The notes under the pieces: model-generated
What the model saw: only the letters and a program-made list of their open reading frames with translations
Told to the model about the DNA's origin: nothing
Database searches by the model: none
Program-made: the position numbers and the translations under genes
Shown here: in pieces, positions 1 to 9,868 of the stretch
Position numbering within the stretch: position 1 is the first letter of the stretch
How the letters are laid out: the number at the start of each line of letters is the position of its first letter
DNA from: an uncultured Prochlorococcus sp.
GTDB lineage: Bacteria; Cyanobacteriota; Cyanobacteriia; PCC-6307; Cyanobiaceae
NCBI GenBank assembly: GCA_902558895.1
Contig: CACEFS010000001.1
Location: forward strand, 20,495 to 84,494
DNA length: 64,000 nucleotides
Direction of reading: 5' to 3'

Positions 1-343
1 CATTGAAAAGACCACCTGTATCAGAGGCAGCTAAAACCGCCATAGAACCTCTTTGATTATTCGCACAAAGATTAGTTCCCTCACAAGGATCTACTGCAAA
101 GTCAACCCCTGGGCCATTTCCACTGCCAACCTCTTCGCCTATATAAAGCATGGGTGCTTCATCTCGTTCACCTTCTCCAATAACAATTTTCCCTTTCATT
201 TCAATTTTGCCCATTCGCAATCTCATTGCTTCGACAGCTGCGGCATCAGCTTCATCTTTTTGACCAAGTCCTGTTAGTTTTGCTGAGGCAATAGCTGCTT
301 GCTCGACAACTTCGAGAATTTCTTGAATTAAAGTTTGATTCAC
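1..343 (-). CDS. glpX: Class II fructose-1,6-/sedoheptulose-1,7-bisphosphatase, 5' part (runs off the window)
   Basis: Hand translation from GTG at 343: [41 protein letters not shown]...[13 protein letters not shown]...[10 protein letters not shown], which carries the GlpX signatures. Not in the ORF track. Confidence 0.95.
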   Translation of the reverse strand, partial: MNQTLIQEILEVVEQAAIASAKLTGLGQKDEADAAAVEAMRLRMGKIEMKGKIVIGEGERDEAPMLYIGEEVGSGNGPGVDFAVDPCEGTNLCANNQRGSMAVLAASDTGGLFN

Positions 344-529
344 AATTAAATTTTGAGGATTTTCTAAAAGGTTTTGAGTATGATCTCATATAAAATGCAA
401 TTTTTTATGAGAATTATTATGCTAGTAAGCTTTTTTTAACTCTTTCAGCTGTTACTTTATCAGGCCGTGACTTGAAATTAGGAATAAACAACTAAATATA
501 GTATCTTTATTAAATATTTTAAAAATTAA

Positions 530-1288
530 ATGACTGAGTCAAATCAAGCAAATTTAACTGGTGCAAATAGACCAATTCAAATAATTCCTTCAGTTTTACC
601 CGCAGATTGGGCAAATATGGGGGCATGTGTGAAAGAGCTCGAGGAAGCTGGGGTAGATAGAATTCAATTTGATGTAATGGATGGGAATTTCGTACCAAAC
701 CTTACATTTGGTCCTGAAATGATTGCTGCATGCAGGAAATATTGCAATGTCCCTTTTGAAACTCAATTAATGGTAAGCCAGTACAATTGTGAAACAATGC
801 TTGAATCTTATGTAAACGCTACAAAAGGGGCAAATGGTGAACCAGGAGTAGTAATAGCTCATGCCGAAGCAAATATTCATTTGCATAGAGTGCTAGGAAG
901 AATAAGAGATTTAGGAGGATCTCCTTCTGTTGCATTGAACCCTCATACTCCTTTTGAAATAATTAAAAACATAATGGATATGGTTGATCATGTTTTAGTT
1001 ATGACAGTTAATCCAGGCTTTGGAGGACAAGCTTATATACCAACAATGCTTAATAAAATAAGAGAAATAAGAAACTTTATTATCGAAAAAAACTTAGATG
1101 TCGACATTGAAGTTGATGGAGGGATAAAAGCAAATTGGACTATTTCACAATGTGCCGATGCTGGTGCTAATTGTTTTATTGCAGGTAGCGGAATGTTCGC
1201 TTACCCAACATTAAAAGAAGGATGTGATGACTTGAGAAAAGTTGCACAAGAAGCACAAAAAGGAAATGTAATTTCAGAACCTCAATAA
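530..1288 (+). CDS. rpe: Ribulose-phosphate 3-epimerase (atypical metal site)
   Basis: DVMDGNFVPNLTFG, MTVNPGFGGQ, EVDGGI and AGS motifs; divergent from glpX. Confidence 0.93.
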   Translation: MTESNQANLTGANRPIQIIPSVLPADWANMGACVKELEEAGVDRIQFDVMDGNFVPNLTFGPEMIAACRKYCNVPFETQLMVSQYNCETMLESYVNATKGANGEPGVVIAHAEANIHLHRVLGRIRDLGGSPSVALNPHTPFEIIKNIMDMVDHVLVMTVNPGFGGQAYIPTMLNKIREIRNFIIEKNLDVDIEVDGGIKANWTISQCADAGANCFIAGSGMFAYPTLKEGCDDLRKVAQEAQKGNVISEPQ

Positions 1289-1309
1289 ATATTTTGGATG
1301 ATTAAGAAA

Positions 1310-2239
1310 TCACCCAAATATCCATCCATAACTATGCAAACCTATTCCTAAAAAATTAACTCCTAAATAACATACTAAAACAACTAAAAAGCCTGTAGAT
1401 GCTAATAATGCTGGTTTGCGTCCTTGCCAACCCTTGCTTATTCTCATGTGCAGATAAGCGGCATAAAACAACCATGAGATAAATGCCCATGTTTCTTTTG
1501 GATCCCAACTCCACCATGTACCCCAGGCCTCATTAGCCCAAACTGCACCTGAAATTAAACCGATAGTCAAAAGAACAAAACCTACCAATATTGAACGATA
1601 ACTTAATGTATCTAATTCTTCTAAATGAGAAAATTCAATAGTTTCAAATAAATCATTTACGGGATAGCTATTTGAAAGTTTAAATCCTCCTATACCTGTA
1701 GAACTACTTCTGATTTGAAGTGGCTTATTTTTATTGATAAACAAAACGGACATTGAAAGTAAAGAACCTATTATTAATGCTGCATAACTAAGCATTACGA
1801 CGCTAACATGCATTACTAACCAACTAGACCTTAAAGCTGGAACTAAATTGGATGATAATTTCAAATCCTCAGGTAAAACAAAACAAGCAAAAGCCACAGT
1901 TAGTAACTCAATAGGTATAGCAATTGAGGGAATTATTGGAGCTTGGTATTCTCTTTCAACCAATAGTTGACCTAACGTGATACCCCAAGTAAGGAAATAA
2001 AGAGATTCATACAAATTGCTAATAGGAAAGTGCCCAGAAATTGACCACCTAAAAAGTAATTGTAATGTTATTAACAAGTTCACTAAAATCGTGATGAGTC
2101 TTACAGCAGCGGAAGACTTTTTTTTAAAAACTGCACCCAAAGATATTGGTAAGTTAATTAATAAAAAATAAAAAACTAAAAGACCTAAAACTGAAACCGG
2201 TTCATATATTAAATTTTTAAAAAAATTATCTAGTATCAT
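1310..2239 (-). CDS. ccsA: Cytochrome c biogenesis protein CcsA
   Basis: WWD domain GAVWANEAWGTWWSWDPKETWA, GHFP motif and C-terminal GLHSYG. Confidence 0.96.
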   Translation of the reverse strand: MILDNFFKNLIYEPVSVLGLLVFYFLLINLPISLGAVFKKKSSAAVRLITILVNLLITLQLLFRWSISGHFPISNLYESLYFLTWGITLGQLLVEREYQAPIIPSIAIPIELLTVAFACFVLPEDLKLSSNLVPALRSSWLVMHVSVVMLSYAALIIGSLLSMSVLFINKNKPLQIRSSSTGIGGFKLSNSYPVNDLFETIEFSHLEELDTLSYRSILVGFVLLTIGLISGAVWANEAWGTWWSWDPKETWAFISWLFYAAYLHMRISKGWQGRKPALLASTGFLVVLVCYLGVNFLGIGLHSYGWIFG

Positions 2240-2349
2240 TTCTAGAAATTTCTCAAGTTTTAATATTTAATGACAACCAAATAATAATTAAAATCATTCT
2301 CATATGAGTAAATCTTTAATAATAAAGTTTTATTTTAAAAAAAAGCATT

Positions 2350-3078
2350 TCAAAGTTTGAAATTATCTCCTAGATAATACTTCTTGACTATTGGATTATC
2401 AGCCAATTCACTTGATGAACCGTTAGCTAAAATTTTTCCTTCACTTAATACATATGATTTGTTTGTAATTAGAAGGGTTTCCCTCACATTATGGTCTGTA
2501 ATGAGAATCCCCACCCCATCGCCACTTAATTTTAGAATTAGTTTCTTTAGATCATTAACAGCTAGAGGATCTATCCCAGCAAAAGGTTCGTCTAATAACA
2601 AATATTTAGGTCCTTTTCTGCCTACAGTGAGAGCCCTTGCAATTTCGCACCTCCTCCTCTCTCCTCCTGAAAGTTGATAACCATAATTATCTATAAAGTT
2701 ATTCAAATTAAATTCATTAATTAATTGTTCTCTTCTATTTCTTATCGCTGCTCTACTATAAGATGAATTTTGTAAAGCCAAATCTATATTATCCTTAACT
2801 GTGAGGTCTCTAAATATACTCGCTTCCTGAGTTAAGTACCCTAACCCAAGTCTTGATCTAATTGGGAGAGGAAGATTGGTTATATTTTTCCCATTCATTA
2901 AAATTTCACCTTTATCTGGTTTTATATTCCCAACTGCAAGATTAAAAGTTGTAGTTTTCCCAGCACCATTAGGTCCCATCAAACCTACAACTTCCCCTGG
3001 ATTAACAGTTATGGAAACATTATTTACAATTAATCTTCCTTTAATTGAAAGGGATACATTATGAATATTTAGATTCAT
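2350..3078 (-). CDS. lptB: LPS export ABC ATPase LptB
   Basis: GPNGAGKTT, LSGGERRR, LLDEPFAGIDP, ITDHNVRETL and YLG tail are characteristic of LptB. Confidence 0.9.
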   Translation of the reverse strand: MNLNIHNVSLSIKGRLIVNNVSITVNPGEVVGLMGPNGAGKTTTFNLAVGNIKPDKGEILMNGKNITNLPLPIRSRLGLGYLTQEASIFRDLTVKDNIDLALQNSSYSRAAIRNRREQLINEFNLNNFIDNYGYQLSGGERRRCEIARALTVGRKGPKYLLLDEPFAGIDPLAVNDLKKLILKLSGDGVGILITDHNVRETLLITNKSYVLSEGKILANGSSSELADNPIVKKYYLGDNFKL

Positions 3079-3165
3079 TTTCCTTGAGATCGATACGTTT
3101 TCTTACTTTCTTGAAAAAAAATTAAATACATAATAATAATTTAATTGAAGATAAAGATATATTCA

Positions 3166-3534
3166 TCAAAGAGGTTTCAAAAAAGGCTTATCGTTCTCGT
3201 TTAATAGTTCTTTATATTGTAATTTCCTTAATAAATCTTCCAAACATTGGCAGAAGGATTCAAGATCAATCCCTAAATCAATCTTGGTTCTAGTTTTTAT
3301 TCTGCCTAAACCTTCTCCAAGCAAAATAGTAGCTCCATTTAAATTTCCTTTACTTAAGTGAAACTGAGAAACAGATACTTGTAAAATTCCTTGGATAATT
3401 TGTCTTTCGTCACCATCTACGGAATTCCATATTTCTTCAAAAGCATCATGAGCCTCGTACCATTCATGATTATTAAAAAGATTTAAAGCTGTAGAAAGGG
3501 AATCTTGAAAACTTTTTGCACTTTCTTCGTTCAT
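3166..3534 (-). CDS. DUF309-family protein
   Basis: LFNNHEWYEAHDAFEEIW...QGILQVSVSQFH...GN pattern. Confidence 0.85.
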   Translation of the reverse strand: MNEESAKSFQDSLSTALNLFNNHEWYEAHDAFEEIWNSVDGDERQIIQGILQVSVSQFHLSKGNLNGATILLGEGLGRIKTRTKIDLGIDLESFCQCLEDLLRKLQYKELLNENDKPFLKPL

Positions 3535-3545
3535 TAAAGTAATTA

Positions 3546-5342
3546 CTAATTTTTTTTCTTTTTATTTATTTTTCTCATTCTTATTGAATCCGGTGTTACC
3601 TCTAGCATTTCATCTGGACCAATATATTCGAGTGCTCTTTCAAGAGTAATATCCACAGGTGACTGCAAAGTATCAAGTTCTTCTGCCCCTGCAGATCTCA
3701 TATTAGTCAACTGCTTAGTTCTACATATATTCAACTCAAGATCTTGAGGTCGATTATTCTCACCAATTATCATTCCTTTATAAACTTTAACTCCAGGTTT
3801 AATAAAATATACTCCCCTATCTTCAGCATTCTTTAAAGCATAAAATGTGGCTACACCTTCCTCAAAAGCTATGAGAACGCCATTCCTTCTGGTTTCAAAG
3901 TCTCCTGTTTTAGGTTTATATTCATAAAACGAATGGCTCATTATACCTTCACCTCTGGTTATCCTTACAAACTCCCCGCGAAATCCAATTAATCCTCTTG
4001 ATGGCACTAGAAATTCTAATTGAGTTCTACCATCTGAACTTGTCTGCATGTTTTTCATCTCTGCCTTTCTAGATCCAAGTTTTTCGATGCAAGAACCAAC
4101 TGATACTTCAGGTACATCTAAAACTAAAGTCTCTATAGGCTCACATTCAACATTATCAATTTCTCTGAAAATTACTTGAGGTTGTGAGATTTGAAACTCA
4201 AAACCCTCTCTTCTCATAGTTTCAATCAATATCCCTAGATGTAATTCTCCTCTTCCTGAAACTGAGAACCTGTCAGGAGAATCAGTTTCTTCTACTCTCA
4301 AGGCAACATTTGTTAAAAGTTCCCTCTCCAATCTATTTTTTAATTGTCTACTAGTAACAAATTTCCCTTCCTTGCCCGCGAATGGTGAATCATTGACAAC
4401 AAAAGTCATATTTAAGGTAGGTTCATCAACTTTGATTAATGGAAGAGGATGAGGAGAATCGGGACATGCTATGGTCTCACCAATATTGACGTCATCGAAA
4501 CCAGAAACAGCAACAATATCACCTGCAAATGCTTCATTTATATCAATTCTTTGTAATCCTTCAAATCCTAAAAGCTTACTAACCTTACCTTTAATAGTTT
4601 TTCCGTTTTCTTTAATTAAACTAGCCTGTTGGCCATTTTTTATAGTTCCATTATGGATCTTCCCAATTACTATTCTGCCTAAGAAATCAGAATAGTCCAA
4701 AGTAGTTATTTGAAGCTGAAGAGGCTTATTAAAATCACCAACTGGAGGAGGAACGTGTCTGATAATAGCTTCAAAAAGCGGCATCATATTGTCACTATTA
4801 GATTCCATCTCTTCTTTTGCGAAACCAGATAAGCCACTCCCAAAAAGATAAGGAAAATCACATTGATCATCATCAGCTCCTAACTCCAAAAACAAGTCAA
4901 GGACCTTATCAATTGCTATTTCCGGTACTACTCGTGGTCTATCAATTTTATTTACAAAGACTATAGGCCTAAGTCCTTTTTCTAATGCTTTTTTTAAAAC
5001 AAATCTTGTTTGAGGCATAGGTCCCTCATTTGCATCAACAATAAGCAGACAACCATCAACCATTCCCAAAACCCTTTCAACTTCTCCTCCAAAATCAGCA
5101 TGCCCAGGTGTATCTATAATATTAATTCTGGTATTTTTGTAGTTAACTGCAGTATTTTTTGAGAGAATTGTTATCCCCCTTTCTCTTTCAAGATCATTTG
5201 AATCCATTACACATGTAGGGATAACTTCATTGTCTCTAAATATTCCTGATTGAGATAACAATGCATCTACAAGAGTTGTCTTCCCATGATCTACATGCGC
5301 AATAATTGCAACATTTCTAATTTCTTTTATCGAAGATGACAT
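3546..5342 (-). CDS. typA: Translational GTPase TypA/BipA
   Basis: [27 protein letters not shown] and GRGELHL motifs. Confidence 0.97.
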   Translation of the reverse strand: MSSSIKEIRNVAIIAHVDHGKTTLVDALLSQSGIFRDNEVIPTCVMDSNDLERERGITILSKNTAVNYKNTRINIIDTPGHADFGGEVERVLGMVDGCLLIVDANEGPMPQTRFVLKKALEKGLRPIVFVNKIDRPRVVPEIAIDKVLDLFLELGADDDQCDFPYLFGSGLSGFAKEEMESNSDNMMPLFEAIIRHVPPPVGDFNKPLQLQITTLDYSDFLGRIVIGKIHNGTIKNGQQASLIKENGKTIKGKVSKLLGFEGLQRIDINEAFAGDIVAVSGFDDVNIGETIACPDSPHPLPLIKVDEPTLNMTFVVNDSPFAGKEGKFVTSRQLKNRLERELLTNVALRVEETDSPDRFSVSGRGELHLGILIETMRREGFEFQISQPQVIFREIDNVECEPIETLVLDVPEVSVGSCIEKLGSRKAEMKNMQTSSDGRTQLEFLVPSRGLIGFRGEFVRITRGEGIMSHSFYEYKPKTGDFETRRNGVLIAFEEGVATFYALKNAEDRGVYFIKPGVKVYKGMIIGENNRPQDLELNICRTKQLTNMRSAGAEELDTLQSPVDITLERALEYIGPDEMLEVTPDSIRMRKINKKKKN

Positions 5343-5456
5343 TTATAGAATTTATATAAATATTAGATTGACTTTATTAAGGCTAACTCAAAGTATGCTT
5401 ATTATGAGAATTTTTTCTTTAAGACTTTTAAAAATATAATTTATTGAATAATTAAA

Positions 5457-6185
5457 TTAATCAATTAAATTTATGATTTTTCTATTTGAGCTTTCAAATA
5501 CTTTTAATGCTTCAATTGACCCCTCATATCTCCAATGCCAGGGTTCGTAATCTATGTATTTATTATCTTTGTTGAACGATAACTTAAAGTGAAACTTAGC
5601 TGCATTTTTTATTAACCATCTAAAGGCGTCAGTATTTTCGAAGTCGGTTTCAAAGTCTGTCCCTCTTTGAGTAGCATCACCAATATCAATCGCAAAACCA
5701 GTACTATGCTCAGAATATCCTGGGGGCGCTGAAACTCTAGCTCTTTCTGCCGCTTCTTGATTTCTAATAGATTTTAAAGAATAAAAGATATCGTTTTGCA
5801 AATTTATTGATCTATAACCACTTAAGAAGACCAAATATATCCCATCCTTTTTGGCTTCTTCTCTCATCTCTAGTAATGAATCCCGCATATCCATATGAAC
5901 TTCAATATTAGGTTCAATTAAAACTAGTTTCTCTTTAGAAATTTCTTTATAAGGAAGATGCCCTAAAATTCTGGCATCATGATTTCTTTCAACCTGAAAT
6001 TTGAGATTATTAAGAGGTATTAATTCTAGATTTCTAATAAATCGCAATGAAGCGAAAGAAAAGATAAGAAAAAGAAATGGAGAAAATATTAATAATTTTT
6101 TTAATAATGTTGCATTTGGGTTATTTAGGTAAGTTCTTTTGGCAAGCGGTATATCAAATTGATCGATATCTTTGTTTAGTTCCAA
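5457..6185 (-). CDS. M15B (VanY-like) D,D-carboxypeptidase, membrane anchored
   Basis: SGYRS, APPGYSEHSTGFAIDI and YEPWHWRY motifs; N-terminal hydrophobic segment. Confidence 0.9.
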   Translation of the reverse strand: MELNKDIDQFDIPLAKRTYLNNPNATLLKKLLIFSPFLFLIFSFASLRFIRNLELIPLNNLKFQVERNHDARILGHLPYKEISKEKLVLIEPNIEVHMDMRDSLLEMREEAKKDGIYLVFLSGYRSINLQNDIFYSLKSIRNQEAAERARVSAPPGYSEHSTGFAIDIGDATQRGTDFETDFENTDAFRWLIKNAAKFHFKLSFNKDNKYIDYEPWHWRYEGSIEALKVFESSNRKIINLID

Positions 6186-6297
6186 TATTTAGAAGTGTAT
6201 TTGGAAAAGATATTTCGATATTAACTATTATTTTAAGAAATGCACTTTTATAAGCAAAAAAGATGTAGTTTTTATATACAGTATTATTTTTTTTCAT

Positions 6298-7638
6298 ATG
6301 TTGAGGGTAGCTGTTATTGGTGGGGGTCCAAGTGGTTCATGCGCGGCAGAAATACTTGCTAAAGCTGGAATAGAAACTTGGCTCTTCGAGAGAAAATTAG
6401 ATAATGCAAAACCATGTGGAGGAGCAATTCCACTTTGCATGGTCGAAGAATTTGATTTACCTGAGTCAATTATTGATAGAAAAGTAAGGCATATGAGAAT
6501 GATATCTCCATCAAATAGAGAGGTTGATATAAGTTTAGATAGAGTTTATGGGAAAAGTGATAATGAATTTATTGGGATGTGTAGAAGGGAAGTTATGGAT
6601 GCTTTTATGCGTAATAGAGCATCAGATCTTGGGGCAACACTAATAAATGGATTAGTTACATCTATTGATACTGGCGATAATAATCAAGGGCCATATAGGC
6701 TTTCCTACTCAGATTTTACGAATGGAGATAAAAAAGGAGAACTTAAGGAGCTTACTGTTGACCTTTTAATCGGTGCTGATGGAGCCAATAGTAGAGTGGC
6801 AAAAGCGATGGATGCAGGGGATTACAAAGTTGCTATTGCATTTCAGGAGAGAATTAAACTACCTAAAGAAGAAATGAGTTACTACGAAGATCTTGCTGAA
6901 ATGTATGTCGGAACTGATGTTTCTCCTGATTTTTATGGGTGGGTATTTCCTAAATATGATCATGTTGCTGTGGGCACTGGAACCATGCAAAAGAATCAGT
7001 CATTAATTAAAGGACTTCAAGAGGGTGTAAGAAATAGGGCAAAGAAAAGACTTGTTAATGGTGAAGTAATAAAGGTAGAAGCTCACCCTATTCCTGAGCA
7101 TCCAAGGCCAAGAAGAGTAGTTGGGAGAATGGCATTGGTTGGTGACGCTGCTGGTTATGTTACAAAAAGTTCTGGAGAGGGTATCTATTTTGCTGCAAAA
7201 AGCGGAAGAATGTGTGCTGAAGAAATTGTTGAAGCATCAAAAAACGGTCAAGTAATTCCATCAGAAAAAGATTTAAAAAACTACCTTAAAAAATGGGATA
7301 AAAAATATGGTACAACTTATAAGGTGCTAGAAATCCTTCAAAATATTTTCTATAGGAATGATTCTGCTAGAGAAGCCTTTGTTGAGATGTGTGATGACAT
7401 GGATGTACAAAGACTTACTTTTGATAGCTACTTATACAAAAGAGTTGTCTCCATGAGACCATTACAGCAACTTAAAATTACAATGCTTACACTTGGTTCG
7501 ATTTTAAGAGGGAAAGCCCTTGCACCTCTTAAATATAAACCCGTTGATAGTGCTGTTAGGGAAAATAAAGAAGTAGAAAAAATGCTAGAAAATTATTCAA
7601 TAAAAGGAGGAATTAAAGTTAAGAGTTCAAAAGTGTAA
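6298..7638 (+). CDS. chlP: Geranylgeranyl diphosphate reductase
   Basis: GGGPSG FAD motif, AKPCGGAIP and LVGDAAGYVTKSSGEGIYFA. Confidence 0.97.
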   Translation: MLRVAVIGGGPSGSCAAEILAKAGIETWLFERKLDNAKPCGGAIPLCMVEEFDLPESIIDRKVRHMRMISPSNREVDISLDRVYGKSDNEFIGMCRREVMDAFMRNRASDLGATLINGLVTSIDTGDNNQGPYRLSYSDFTNGDKKGELKELTVDLLIGADGANSRVAKAMDAGDYKVAIAFQERIKLPKEEMSYYEDLAEMYVGTDVSPDFYGWVFPKYDHVAVGTGTMQKNQSLIKGLQEGVRNRAKKRLVNGEVIKVEAHPIPEHPRPRRVVGRMALVGDAAGYVTKSSGEGIYFAAKSGRMCAEEIVEASKNGQVIPSEKDLKNYLKKWDKKYGTTYKVLEILQNIFYRNDSAREAFVEMCDDMDVQRLTFDSYLYKRVVSMRPLQQLKITMLTLGSILRGKALAPLKYKPVDSAVRENKEVEKMLENYSIKGGIKVKSSKV

Positions 7639-9781
7639 AGTCGGCTATTTTTAGAGAATAATTTCTAATTAAGCTCAACAAATTAAGTCTATTGTTTCTT
7701 ATTTTTAAATCCTCTGACATTATTAGGACTCCCTTTTCATTATCAAATAAATCCTTGATAGTATTTACATTAATCTCAAACAAATTTAGAAGTTCCAAAT
7801 AATTGCAATAACCTTCTGAAAAAAGTTTTTCTAATTCTCCAATAAATTCAAAAACTTTCAATTCACAATCTTTTTCAAAAAGTTTAGTATTTACACAATC
7901 TCTTGAGGAGAGAACTTCTCTTGAAAGATCACTATTATTTGCTAATTTACTTACTCTAGTAATTACCTTTTGGATTTCAACAAAATTATCCTTTTCGTTA
8001 AAGTTCATAATAGATTTAATCCTATTTTTAAGATCAACAATATTCAATACTCTTTTTTGAGATAATTTATCAAAAGAGCAAACGGCCTTTATTAATTCTT
8101 TACTTAGTGATATTTCATCTAGATGACTAACAATTCTTTGAACTAAAAATTCATTTAAATCATTAAATACTGTTTCTCCTGAAAAGTTTAAATTCGGAAA
8201 TACAATTTTCCAAAAATCAATAAGTTCGTTGAATAATTTATCTAAAGGTAAATCAAGTTCATAATCCCAAATTATTTTAATGACTCCATTCAAATTTCTT
8301 CTTAAGGCGTAAGGATCAGATGATCCACTGGGACGTTTACCAGAAATAAATATACTTATTAAAGTTTCGACCCTATCTGCTATTGAAACTATTGCACCAT
8401 ATTTTGTGGAGGGCAAAGCATCTTTATAAAAAGAAGGTAAATAATGTTCAGCGACAGCCAAGCAAACATCCTCACTAAATCCTTCATATTTAAGATATTT
8501 ACCACCCATTATTCCTTGCAGCTCAGGGAATTCGAAAACAATTTCGCTACATAAGTCGTTTTTACAGTATTTAGCAGCTTCTATTATTTTTTTTTCTTCT
8601 ATAGACTTATCATTTAAAAATTTAAGAATTTTTTTAGTAACTTCCTCTATCCTTTCTACCCTCTGAAATATATTTCCAAGTCCTTTCAAATAGGAAACAG
8701 ATTTAAGCTTTTCATTTCTTTCGATTGAAGCAACTTTTTTGTCACTCTCCACGAAAAACTTTGCATCTGAAAACCTTGCCCTTAATACTTTCTCATTACC
8801 TTTGGCAATATTATTATTTGATTCTTCAAGACCATTTGAAATAACGCAGAAAGTTGTACTAATATTTTTTTCAGAGCTTAAATCTAGTTTAGAAAAACTT
8901 TTATTTTTCAATAAAAGAGGAACGTATCTCTGATGACTTTTCATAACTGTTGAGAGAACTTCAACCGGAAGATCAAGAAATTCATCACTAAATTTGCCAA
9001 TAATTAAATCTGGCCATTCAACCAAATCAGTTAGTTCGTTTAGTAATCCTTCTGAAAGGTCAGGTTTCAGATTGAAAGATTTAGAAGCATGATTTATTAA
9101 ACTTTCAATTTTTTCTTTTCTTTCTTTTCGAATAGCTATTACTCTATTTCGTTTCAATAATTCAAAAAAATCATCAGGATTCTGAACTTCTAAAACTTGA
9201 TTGATTAGCCTATGACTTTTTGTTTTATTACTTATTTTGATCTTTGGATCACATTCATCAAATTCAAAATCAAGAATTTCATCATTATATATAGAGGCAA
9301 TCCACCTAATAGGTCTTGAAAATTTTATGTTCCCAGCCCCCCATTTCATAAATCGAGGGCCTTGAAGACTCTTTACTAATTTTGGGATAATCGAAGACAA
9401 AGAATTTTTTGTTGATAGTCCTTTCTCAATTTTCTTTCCAAATACAAAATCACCCTTTTTAGTATTCTTTATTTCTAGCTCAGCTACATCTATATCTAAG
9501 CTATTAGCAAATCCTAAAGCAGCATTAGTAGGACATCCATTTAAATAAGCTGAATTCGCTTTAGGCCCTTTTCTTTCTATTATCTTATCCTCTGCATAAT
9601 CAACTAAACCTTCGAGAAGAAGAACTATCCGCCTTGGTGTGGAGGTAACAACTATATTTTCGAATTTGATTAACTTTTTATCCAATTCAAATCCTATTAG
9701 AAATTTAAATTGTTCTAGAACAGAATGAGAAAATTTTGCGGGCATCTCTTCTGTTCCTATCTCAAGTAAATATTTAGACAA
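7619..9781 (-). CDS. glyS: Glycine--tRNA ligase beta subunit
   Basis: LLEIGTEEMP, TPRR, FSRPIRW, EFPELQGIMG and GSSDPYALRR motifs. Confidence 0.96.
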   Translation of the reverse strand: MSKYLLEIGTEEMPAKFSHSVLEQFKFLIGFELDKKLIKFENIVVTSTPRRIVLLLEGLVDYAEDKIIERKGPKANSAYLNGCPTNAALGFANSLDIDVAELEIKNTKKGDFVFGKKIEKGLSTKNSLSSIIPKLVKSLQGPRFMKWGAGNIKFSRPIRWIASIYNDEILDFEFDECDPKIKISNKTKSHRLINQVLEVQNPDDFFELLKRNRVIAIRKERKEKIESLINHASKSFNLKPDLSEGLLNELTDLVEWPDLIIGKFSDEFLDLPVEVLSTVMKSHQRYVPLLLKNKSFSKLDLSSEKNISTTFCVISNGLEESNNNIAKGNEKVLRARFSDAKFFVESDKKVASIERNEKLKSVSYLKGLGNIFQRVERIEEVTKKILKFLNDKSIEEKKIIEAAKYCKNDLCSEIVFEFPELQGIMGGKYLKYEGFSEDVCLAVAEHYLPSFYKDALPSTKYGAIVSIADRVETLISIFISGKRPSGSSDPYALRRNLNGVIKIIWDYELDLPLDKLFNELIDFWKIVFPNLNFSGETVFNDLNEFLVQRIVSHLDEISLSKELIKAVCSFDKLSQKRVLNIVDLKNRIKSIMNFNEKDNFVEIQKVITRVSKLANNSDLSREVLSSRDCVNTKLFEKDCELKVFEFIGELEKLFSEGYCNYLELLNLFEINVNTIKDLFDNEKGVLIMSEDLKIRNNRLNLLSLIRNYSLKIADFTLLNS

Positions 9782-9868
9782 GAAAAAAATATGACTTCAC
9801 TTACTATAATTTACTACCAGTTAAATAAGCTTTTCGCTAATGTATAAAAAGAGATATTTTTTGGTCCT

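Noticed and set aside
53-277. 74-aa + strand ORF
   Set aside because: Antisense shadow of glpX, which occupies 1-343 on the minus strand.
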